Shown here one piece after another: positions 51,003-60,006 of a DNA stretch of 64,000 bases. The notes below the pieces were generated by a model, which saw nothing but the letters and a program-made list of their open reading frames with translations, had not been told where the DNA came from and did not search any database. The stretch is from a virus. The stretch spans positions 28,495 through 92,494 of IMG/VR virus record IMGVR_UViG_3300042892_002240, one strand, 5' to 3'. Position numbers and translations under genes: made by a program. How positions within the stretch are numbered: the stretch's first letter is position 1; each line of letters opens with the position of its first letter.

Positions 51003-51098
51003 TGGAGGGAAGAGGAATCGAACCTCTTAGGAGAGTGCGTCCGGACGTCTTTTGCGCCCCGCGATGACTCTGGCCTGTGCAACCAGCATTCTCCCCCC
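51003..51098 (-). ncRNA. tRNA-Ala/tmRNA-TLD-like RNA (element A, 96 nt)
   Basis: Acceptor GGGGGGA/TCCCTCC-A with G3:U70 and A73; T-arm AGAGG-TTCGATT-CCTCT; long irregular stalk in place of an anticodon arm. Confidence 0.72.
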
Positions 51099-51134
51099 TG
51101 GGGGTGGCCTTTTTACATCGGCCAGGATGTTCCG

Positions 51135-51350
51135 TCAGTCAAACGGACTGAACTGCGACGACGTATCGTCACAGCGAAACGCAAGGTCTGCTGCGTACAG
51201 TTTGTCTAAATCGACGCTTTGACGAGCTGCCTTGATGACACCCTTTCGGGTCTCACGCAGCAATTGCCGCTCAAACTTACGAGCCAAGCGTTGTTCCCGC
51301 TTGTATTCACGAACCTGGCGGTACGTCGTTGCAACCGACATTGTTTCCAT
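51135..51350 (-). CDS. Basic hypothetical protein
   Basis: 71 aa; aaggaagaggt RBS. Confidence 0.65.
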   Translation of the reverse strand: METMSVATTYRQVREYKREQRLARKFERQLLRETRKGVIKAARQSVDLDKLYAADLAFRCDDTSSQFSPFD

Positions 51351-51509
51351 TATTTACCTCTTCCTTTTAAACTCCCACTCGGTGTGGAAGATCAATTTGG
51401 ACGGCGACACGGGCGCCGAGGCGCCCAGTCAAGCCAGTCCGAGAATGGGCACCTGTAGCGCCAAAGGGGGATATGTCGCTTTATGGGGCAGGTGCTACTC
51501 CCAATCAGA

Positions 51510-51837
51510 CCTCATATGCTGATTAGATGGTGCGAACCAAGTGATTTATTTGTGGAACTTCCCCAAGAATGGGGAGTCCGATGGTGTTAAATGCAACTGA
51601 CCTTTGTGCTGATACGCACAGGCCAGAATGACTGACACCGCAGCCACTTTTTGAGGGTCAAGCTCTGGCCAGCCCTCTGCTTTTGACAGGCCATTGCGAT
51701 TTTTGATTGCCTTTATGATGAAGGCTTGTTCCCTAGCTGAGAACAAACCCTCAATCTTTTTCCTCTTTTTGAACATGCTGTACTCATTTCTGCCCGCAGG
51801 CAATAGGAGGTTCGCACCAACTAATCAACATATGAGG
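51510..51837. repeat. 29-bp inverted repeat (51510-51538 / 51809-51837) enclosing a small ORF
   Basis: cctcatatgctgattagatggtgcgaacc versus ggttcgcaccaactaatcaacatatgagg; 27/29 complementary. Confidence 0.9.
51546..51776 (-). CDS. Hypothetical 76-aa basic protein inside the inverted repeat
   Basis: MFKKRKKIEGLFSAREQAFIIKAIK...; no clear RBS. Confidence 0.45.
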   Translation of the reverse strand: MFKKRKKIEGLFSAREQAFIIKAIKNRNGLSKAEGWPELDPQKVAAVSVILACAYQHKGQLHLTPSDSPFLGKFHK

Positions 51838-52074
51838 CCATAAGACCTATGGGAATATGGACGGTGCCTCAGTTGCCCGAGGCACCGTCCTCCCGTTTTG
51901 ATTAGATGGAGGAGGTGACAACGCCCAAGCCCTCTATTAGCCAGAGGTAATCTCTTGGGAGGGCAAGGACGCCATCTCCACAATGGCTCACTATCAGGAA
52001 CACTCCAGTGATGCCCACCATAGATTGTCCCTCTATAACTGCTTACCTTGCTATGTCGTCCCCACGAGTACCTC

Positions 52075-52644
52075 TCAGGCTGAGAGGAGTGCTAGGAATT
52101 CTGCCTTTTGGGCAGGAGTCCACTTGCCGACGTGCTTCTTGGCGCCATTGAATGACGAGGTGCCAAGTTGGGCATCGGTACGAGGAGTACTCTCACCCTT
52201 GGGGGTGATAGCACTCGTCAGTTTGCCAACAGCCTCGGCTGCTGTGCCACGGGCGATAGACGCCCAAACTGACTTACGGTCGATTTCGTCGACCCTCGCC
52301 AAGAGGGTAACCAACTGTTGGGGGTGAACCCCAATAGCAGTCTCTCCCTTGAAGAGTTTGCCAACTGCCATAAAAGCGAACAAAGCGTTCGCACTGACAG
52401 CGTGCACCTCGGAGACGGCAATGATGGCGTCGAATCGGCCAACCTTGAAAGTCGCCATATGACTCTCGATGGAGGAGACAGCAACGCTGCCCATTTCCAA
52501 CTGAGCCACAGAGAGGAGACCCATCTCTTCCGTGTGCTTAGAGGCAAGGATCATTGAGTCATTGAAGACCTTATTGATCGTTGCGATTGATACGACATTA
52601 GTAACCTCAGTCGTTGGTTGGTTTGCGGTTGCGGTAGCGTTCAT
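52075..52644 (-). CDS. Hypothetical protein; first gene of the leftward region
   Basis: 189 aa; gaaaggtg RBS. Confidence 0.7.
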   Translation of the reverse strand: MNATATANQPTTEVTNVVSIATINKVFNDSMILASKHTEEMGLLSVAQLEMGSVAVSSIESHMATFKVGRFDAIIAVSEVHAVSANALFAFMAVGKLFKGETAIGVHPQQLVTLLARVDEIDRKSVWASIARGTAAEAVGKLTSAITPKGESTPRTDAQLGTSSFNGAKKHVGKWTPAQKAEFLALLSA

Positions 52645-53075
52645 TGCTAGGCACCTTTCTGTTTAGGGAATGGAATTTGCTATAACAACTCGCGGGGACT
52701 AGATAACAATGGATAAGCAGGGGTCGCAATTTAGAATGAGCTAATTCTCAAACTTTAGCCCTATTTCTAGGACTAAATTACAACTTTGTAGAGGGGCAAC
52801 CTATGGTAGGTACCACTAGACCCACGAACCACTGTGGAATGTGCTTCTATTCATAGAGTCCTACTGTTTGACAGTCAGGCGAAGAGTATTGCCCCCCTTA
52901 CGGGGGTACTCACCTCGGAGACACTCTCGGTCGGGGCGACGGTGTGTCCCGTCGCTCACGCTCCCGTTGGGGAGGGGCGTCATTAGAGACCAGAGGTGGA
53001 CTCCAAAGGGTCAGGACCCAGCCCCCGATGATTGCCTAATTGCTGAATAGCCCTATTCCGAACTGGGGGGTTACC

Positions 53076-53212
53076 TGTGGATAAGTAGGCACCTGTGGAT
53101 AACTTTATATAGCCCTATTCTCCCTGTGGATAACTATTCATGATGCAATGCTCCAACGCGCAGGTTGGGCCAACATGTACAAAATATACATCGCCCAACC
53201 GTCTGTGGATAA
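53076..53212. promoter_or_regulatory. Cluster of four perfect DnaA boxes
   Basis: TGTGGATAA (reverse complement of TTATCCACA) at 53076, 53094, 53125 and 53204, all in the same orientation. Confidence 0.8.
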
Positions 53213-53226
53213 GGTAATATTTAAAT

Positions 53227-55979
53227 ATGACGCTTAACCCTACCCAGTTCAATACACAAAAAAGGGTAGTTGATCCTGACGAGGCACACCCCAATGCTAA
53301 AGGGTTTAGCAATACTGGTCACCCTATATATGATCACAATGAATTTGTAAACTCTAAGTTTGAAAAGGGATGGATTAACACAGACGGAGACATCATCCAA
53401 GTACCAGAACACGGTGTTTATGAGCCACAATATGCCTATGGGTCTGGGATGGTGAGGTTGCATGTCAACCAAGGGAGATCACCATTTTTAGGTTTAGAAA
53501 TACGTGACAATAGACCCACCCAACAGCAACTAACCACTATCAGTGGACTCCACACACAATCACAGTCTAAGAAACTTTTACTAGATGTGCTTAAAACAAA
53601 CACAGATGATTCTGTAGATATGGAAAGTTATGAGCATGACGGTACCTCAAATAGTATTACAAAATTTATTAAGAAATCAACATCACATTTGTAACGGTAT
53701 TTCTAATCTCGAGGGGTAAATGATTCTAACTTCGAGGGGTCGGCCCAACCGTCACATGGATAATGTAATATAGAACTATTCTTAACTAAGGAGTTAACCA
53801 TGGCATCAGATCACAGGGGACAACCCCTACATGCAGGCAAGCGTACTGACGATGAAATGCATGCAACTCGATTAGCTAAGGTAATACAGACTCATGCAAA
53901 TAACGCAAATCAAGATGCGGGGGACCCACCCGTATCACTACAGTCGGCACAAGACCATCTTGATGGGTACCGTAATGGCCGACACAGAGATTATGATCCA
54001 GAAATTCAGAAAATAAAAACCGTAATAAAAAGTTCTTTTAAAAACAGGCATGATAACCAATATGGTTTTGAGGATATATTAGATTCCCTATAATCGTATT
54101 CGGCCCAACCGTTTGTGGCTTTGATTGTTACCATTCGGCTAATGCTCTATTAGTTGTGTAAGATTGGTTCAGTCAGGTGGCGTAAAAATTCGCCGTTAGG
54201 TTTGGAGTATTTATGGCAACAATGACAGGACCAGGGTACCCAGATGACGATCCAGATCGTAGGCCATCTAATAGCATGAAATGGCCCAGAGAAGGAAAAT
54301 CTGGTGGGTGGCATGGTCTTGAAGTGCACTTACCTCAAACAAACATTCTTCCTGATCCTGAAGCCAATGCTCATAACTATGCAGGTTGGGCAAGATCTAA
54401 AGAAGAAGCTGCAAAAGACCCTGATAACGTAGTACCAGACGAAAGTAAGATTTTTGGTATTAAACCAAAGCCCCACCTAAGTGACGGCCAATTTGATGGC
54501 ATAGTACATGTTGATGGGGACGGCAATTCAAGATGGATTACTAGCAGTGAGTTTCTAGGTATGGCACATGAACTTGGTGAAGCACTTACTCCCGGTAACA
54601 GAATTGATCCACACGACGATCCAGATAATCCCAGTACCCCAGAAGGCCCGCGAAATCAAGAAAACCTTATTGCTGGTCCTGGCATTCCATTACCACCGCA
54701 TCTTCGACCTAAGTACAATCCAAATAGAGCATTTAAGCCAAACAGCAAAAAGAAACCCCCCACCGGTCCTCCTGTATGACTCTCAACCCTAACCAGTTAG
54801 AAGGTATGCACTATGTCGGCATTTCATGCACTAAATAGAAATCAACTACAGGATATGCCACATGGTCGAGCAATTGGGGAATCTTTAGATTATGATCATT
54901 TAACTGATTCTGATAAAGTTGGATATGAATTAGCTGAAGATTTTAAAAACGCTAGGGGTGTTGATGCTCTAACATCTCTTCGTGGGAGAGTTGCGGAAGC
55001 AGCTCAAAAACTTGCCGCTGCCCATCAAAATTACCAAAAAACAGGTGTATGGGATCACAGTACTTTTAATGTACCTAATCCACGTGGGGGTGAATTCTCT
55101 AAACACCCTATTTGGGAAACTACTAACTGGCCAAAATTTTGGAATGATCAAGGTGGCACGGACGAAGAGTTTTCACCAAGAGCACTTAAATCTATGATTT
55201 CTCGACAATCTGCATTGCACGCTAGAGCATTGTCACATATTGACACACGTATTGCTAATGCTCAAAACTTTCAAAAAGGGAATATACCAAACCATTTTAG
55301 TTCTCTGTTGCCAGAAGACCTTCCTGAAGATACTCAAGCTGAATTAGTAACTCGTGGTAAAGAGTTAAATAACCCAGGAACTGCTTCAATCCTTCACCCT
55401 AACCGAACAGATACTTCCCATGTGTTCCATCAAGGAACATCATTACTAGAAAATGATGTACTAGACCCAAATAAAACTGGAACTAATATAGATAAAGGGG
55501 ACGTTAACACAACGGTATTGAATAATTATGGCCGTGATGAAGTACTTAGACAGTTAATTAGTAAAAAAGAAGATGGTGAAGCAAAAGGTAACGAAGATTT
55601 ACTTGACAAACATATTGCTGAGTTAGAAAACGGTGGGGATTATTTATCGTTTTACCCAATTAGCAACATGAATATAAACCAATATCGAAGAACCAGTGAA
55701 CCTACTTCTACCATGTACGCTGCTAGAACTCCTTATAGAGCCCCCTACGCACAGGGTGACGAACTTAAATATAGTGGCCAACTACGACCATACGCATCAG
55801 TGACTAGCCCAAATATTTATCGTGGTGCTAATGCTGCCGGTATTCTCGCTCCTCGGGATACCAATCCAGCGGCAGCGGCTATTTTTGAAAGAATTGCAAC
55901 GCGCAATGAAGCTCAAGAACCTGCAATTGCTAACGCCATGACTGTCATGTCTGGCGGAAAGTATAAACCTGTCGAATAG
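53227..55979 (+). CDS. Four orphan genes (53227-53694, 53800-54093, 54213-54779, 54813-55979)
   Basis: Long hydrophilic ORFs, each with a putative promoter or RBS. Confidence 0.65.
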
Positions 55980-55993
55980 GCTAACATCTACTT

Positions 55994-57139
55994 ATGGCTT
56001 TAGGAAATCAATTCAACAAAACCTATTGGGAAAACCCTAATTCTGGGAATATACACGCCTTTGAACCTATTGGTATGTCAAAGACTCCTGAGGACGACTT
56101 TCCGGGAAGAACCACTGAGAATGCTCAAATTAAACATACGCGTAACCCAAGTAACGAGTCAATTGAAAACTATCAAGGTTTGTTGTTTAACCCATACGAA
56201 GGTACTGGCCTCCCAGCAGACCCACTAGTTCCCCCCGCAGACAGACGGGCTGCTGTAAATAAAGTTTTGAGACTTGGAGATGTTGGCAGTAAAGACCCAG
56301 TTCAAATCGGTAGGGACAATCAAGGGTATGTAGAAAAGCAAAACAGGGATTTTACAAATTACAAAAGTACTGGTGTATTTAGAAAAGTACTTAATGTTGT
56401 AAATAGGAACGTAAATTCAATGATTGGGTATAAAAAGGCTGAAGGAGATAGGAAACTACTTAGCAACCTTATTGTAAATTCCAGTATGCCTATGCAAGAA
56501 ATTCAAAAATTAGAAAATACTGTACAAATGCCAACTATGCGTACACGTGGTGCAGTGTACAGCGAAAGTACTGGAAGTTTTAGTCCTCGATCAAAACGTA
56601 TAAACATTGCAAGAGGTAGATCTTTTCACCAAACTCGGGACACTCTAATGCACGAATTGGGCCATGCTCAAGATCCCGCCATCACAGAACCTCAAACTTG
56701 GAGACAATCACAAAAAGCTGACCCCCTTGAAGAGGGTGTTGCAGATGGGTACAAAGATGCAATGCGAACTGGAAACTTGTCGCGTGATTTTGTTCCAGAA
56801 TTTTATAATGATGGTGGCTACACAACTAATTCCCGTATATGGAACAGCCCAGAACAACGCGCCCTATACGCAGCCACTAGAGCACATCGAGCAACAAACC
56901 CAAACCAACACAATCCAGTGCCAAGAAGGTCATGGTACAAAACTTCTGGGGGTTCTAGAGAAGATAATTTGCGGCATAGTGATGATTCTATGCTTCATCA
57001 CCTTGTCTCAAACAACCCACACCTTTATGACATCTTAGATAAAGAAGGTTTAGGAGACGCTGCTAGAGGATCTAGCCAACGCCATTTAGAACGCACTTAC
57101 GGACCTGCTCCAGAGCAGCTAAAGTTATTTGAAGATTAA
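55994..57139 (+). CDS. Zincin-type metallopeptidase-like protein
   Basis: TLMHELGHAQD (HExxH) followed by EEGVAD; C-terminal EQLKLF. Confidence 0.7.
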   Translation: MALGNQFNKTYWENPNSGNIHAFEPIGMSKTPEDDFPGRTTENAQIKHTRNPSNESIENYQGLLFNPYEGTGLPADPLVPPADRRAAVNKVLRLGDVGSKDPVQIGRDNQGYVEKQNRDFTNYKSTGVFRKVLNVVNRNVNSMIGYKKAEGDRKLLSNLIVNSSMPMQEIQKLENTVQMPTMRTRGAVYSESTGSFSPRSKRINIARGRSFHQTRDTLMHELGHAQDPAITEPQTWRQSQKADPLEEGVADGYKDAMRTGNLSRDFVPEFYNDGGYTTNSRIWNSPEQRALYAATRAHRATNPNQHNPVPRRSWYKTSGGSREDNLRHSDDSMLHHLVSNNPHLYDILDKEGLGDAARGSSQRHLERTYGPAPEQLKLFED

Positions 57140-57149
57140 AGGAGATCCT

Positions 57150-57955
57150 ATGGATGATATTGGAAAAATTGCAGATCACCGTGGCCGTAAGAATATTCAT
57201 GGTGGAAAGCCCACTCATGACGCTCAGTACGCTGTTGTTACCGCCATGGAAAACAAGTATGACCGTGAAGGTTTCCCTGTTGACACTACCCCTTATGAAG
57301 CACAAGACCCCATGGGGGCCTAATAGCCATGCCTATTACTGCTGTGGGCGCTCCAGACCCAGACAATGAGCCTGAGTTCAAAAGCATGTATGAAGGCTAC
57401 ACGCCTAACATTCAAGATAGTAACGAAATGGCTTTAATTGAAAAGAAAAAGCGTCAGGAAAAGCAAGCGCATGCTCGCTTAAAGAAAACTGGCGATGCAA
57501 GGCACCCAGCTACTATCAAAGCTGCACAGAGAAAAGAACAGCGTAGCGCCGAACAAACTGATTATGAAGCAAAATCTTCGTACTACACTAATCCTTTTAG
57601 CCGTACTAACGACGAAGGTGATGTAATTAATCCAGCTGACGCTAATGCTTGCAATCAAGGTACTCGGTACGGTAGTTTCAGCCATGGAACAAACAGCTGT
57701 GGCTGTAACGGATGCGATTAAGGAGCAAGAATGGACTTTAATGAGTGGCTTAAACTAGGTATGGAAAGCAATTGGTGTGGTCCGGTGGTCTGTGAGACCC
57801 ACGATGGCCTCCCAATGAGCGAGCAAGAGAACGAAGAGTTCTGGGAAAGCGACCCTTGCATCCATATTATTCGTCTCTATGAAGACGAAGACCACGCAAA
57901 AGCTGTTGAAGATGCACACTCTCCTTCAGTTTGGCGTAAACCTTATAGTCAATGA
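57150..57955 (+). CDS. Three small hypothetical genes (about 57150-57323, 57329-57721, 57731-57955)
   Basis: ORFs, two with clear RBSs. Confidence 0.55.
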
Positions 57956-58584
57956 CCAAAATCCATCACTTTTATCACGTCTATGCAGACGGTGATTGGC
58001 ATTTTAAGCTAAGTGATCACATTAGGGCGTTAAAAACTTACGGTTTGTACGAAAAACTTGAGTCTTTTAACATTGGCTGCGTTGGTTCTGATGAAAATTT
58101 CAATAATGTTGTTGCATTTTTACAAGAAAATGACATTAAATGCACAATTGTGGGTCATGCACACGCTGGTTGGGAGCAAATTACTCTAAACCACCTGTGG
58201 TTGCAGGCAAAAACACATCAAAATGATATATTTTTGTATTGCCACACTAAAGGCGCTGCAAATAACAGTGAATTAAATGAGTTATGGCGTAAAGGAATGA
58301 CTAGAAAGCTAGTTGTTGAGTGGGAACACTGTTTAACTTTGTTAGAACAAGGGCATTCTACTTTAGGGTGCCATTATTTCCCAGATAACCCAGATAATCC
58401 AAACCCATTTTGGGGTGGAAACTTCTGGTGGGCTACTGGGAGCCACATAAACCTATTAAAAATGTGTGGAAACAACAAAAGACACGAAGCAGAATCTTGG
58501 ATTGGCACAATTCATACGCATGAGGGTTACAAACCTGCAGGTGTTTGGAATGCACCTATAGCTTCACCTACTGAAGGGTATTAA
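57952..58584 (+). CDS. Putative glycosyltransferase-like protein
   Basis: FLYCHTKG...WRKGM...FWGGNFWWA pattern; convergent with a GT gene. Confidence 0.5.
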   Translation: MTKIHHFYHVYADGDWHFKLSDHIRALKTYGLYEKLESFNIGCVGSDENFNNVVAFLQENDIKCTIVGHAHAGWEQITLNHLWLQAKTHQNDIFLYCHTKGAANNSELNELWRKGMTRKLVVEWEHCLTLLEQGHSTLGCHYFPDNPDNPNPFWGGNFWWATGSHINLLKMCGNNKRHEAESWIGTIHTHEGYKPAGVWNAPIASPTEGY

Positions 58585-59662
58585 GGTGCTCAACCATGCG
58601 ATGCCCACATGTTTCTAATGAAAAATGATCTTCCATATCTTTTTTAGCCCGATTACCAAGCTTTTTAGCTTCTGATTGATTAAAGTACACGTATCTCATT
58701 GCGTGGGAAGCTTCGTTTACGTTTGGTTCGGCCCAGCGTGCGTCTGCTTGGTAGGGGAACGCGTTGGGTCCGGCAAATGTGTATTCCCAAGAAATAGGAA
58801 TTGAATTATTTTCCGTCATAAAATCCATGTTTCCTGAATACCCAGTAGCAATCACTGGTTTACCTAAGCACATAGCTTCCGAAATAGTTAATCCAAGGCC
58901 CTCTGACCGGTGTAACGACACATAGCAATCACATAGATTTCGTAACGCACTTACTTTAGAGTGATCAAAATGCTCATTAAAGAAAATAATGTCTTTGCGC
59001 CCTTCTGCGTAAGCCATTAAATCATTTAACTGCCCAGGGAAAACGTGCTCATTTACAGATTTAATGACAAGGATTGGCCCTTCATTTTCAATAAATGCTT
59101 GTTTAAAAGCCCTTATAACAGCTTGTGGGTTTTTTCGGGCAGTACTACTACAAAAATCAAATGTAAACAAAAACATAAATCGGTCATTATCTATGTTAAA
59201 AACGTCACGTTTTATTGATTCGTCTACCTCAGGGGGTAATAAAGGTAACGGCATATGCACAACTTTTACGTTTTCAGGAGCATACTTTGAAATTGTTTCT
59301 TGAATAAATTTAGTTGGTGCCCATAGTTCATTTACGTACTGGTAACCAACGTGGCAACGCTGTGGAAATTCTTCTAATTCCCAAAACCATTGACCAATAA
59401 CATACCTATTACGAAACGGGTCAGGACCAAAGGTGCGGTACACATCCGGCAATTCAGTTGCATTTACTGAAATGATGGCAGTATCGTGTTGCCAAACATT
59501 TTCTGTTGGAAAATAATGGTTATTTCTATGATTTGGAACTGTTGTTAACATTGTAGATACGGGGTAGTTAACACTACGAAGAGACCTTACAAGTAATCTT
59601 CCGGCTTCTGCTAATCCAAATTCCCCATTAAAAAACCCAATTGCGTCTACTCCAGGCAACAT
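58568..59662 (-). CDS. GT-B glycosyltransferase (GT4)
   Basis: WFWELE, RKNPQAVIRAF, CDCYVSLHRSEGLGLTISEAMCLGKPVIATGYSGNMDFM. Confidence 0.9.
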   Translation of the reverse strand: MLPGVDAIGFFNGEFGLAEAGRLLVRSLRSVNYPVSTMLTTVPNHRNNHYFPTENVWQHDTAIISVNATELPDVYRTFGPDPFRNRYVIGQWFWELEEFPQRCHVGYQYVNELWAPTKFIQETISKYAPENVKVVHMPLPLLPPEVDESIKRDVFNIDNDRFMFLFTFDFCSSTARKNPQAVIRAFKQAFIENEGPILVIKSVNEHVFPGQLNDLMAYAEGRKDIIFFNEHFDHSKVSALRNLCDCYVSLHRSEGLGLTISEAMCLGKPVIATGYSGNMDFMTENNSIPISWEYTFAGPNAFPYQADARWAEPNVNEASHAMRYVYFNQSEAKKLGNRAKKDMEDHFSLETCGHRMVEHLNTLQ

Positions 59663-60006
59663 CTATTACTCCTTAATAGGTCCCCTTGATACTACCGTAT
59701 CAACACTTTGGTATACTGAGCAAGTGTTACTAACTTATACCATCCACACTCAAATGATGCATGATGCACGCTCACAAGCGGTGCGTCGGGCAACATCTGA
59801 AGGTTGGAAGCGTGTGAGTGTTACGGCTGTCAAAAAAGTTGCAGACCAAACGTACGAAGTATCTGTCGTTCTATCAGTATAATGTCAGATAGCAAATGTG
59901 ACACATCCACGCAGTGCGTGTACTGCGGTGGAGAAATGAAACCTGAACACGCTCATTACAAATGTAAAGATTGCGGGCAAAGAGACGCCTGCTGTGAAGG
60001 AGTATA

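Noticed and set aside
50589-51098. A single full-length tmRNA spanning both tRNA-like ends
   Set aside because: The 5' end of A (GGGGGGA) does not pair with the 3' end of B (CAGCCCC); each element closes on itself, and I found no convincing tag ORF.
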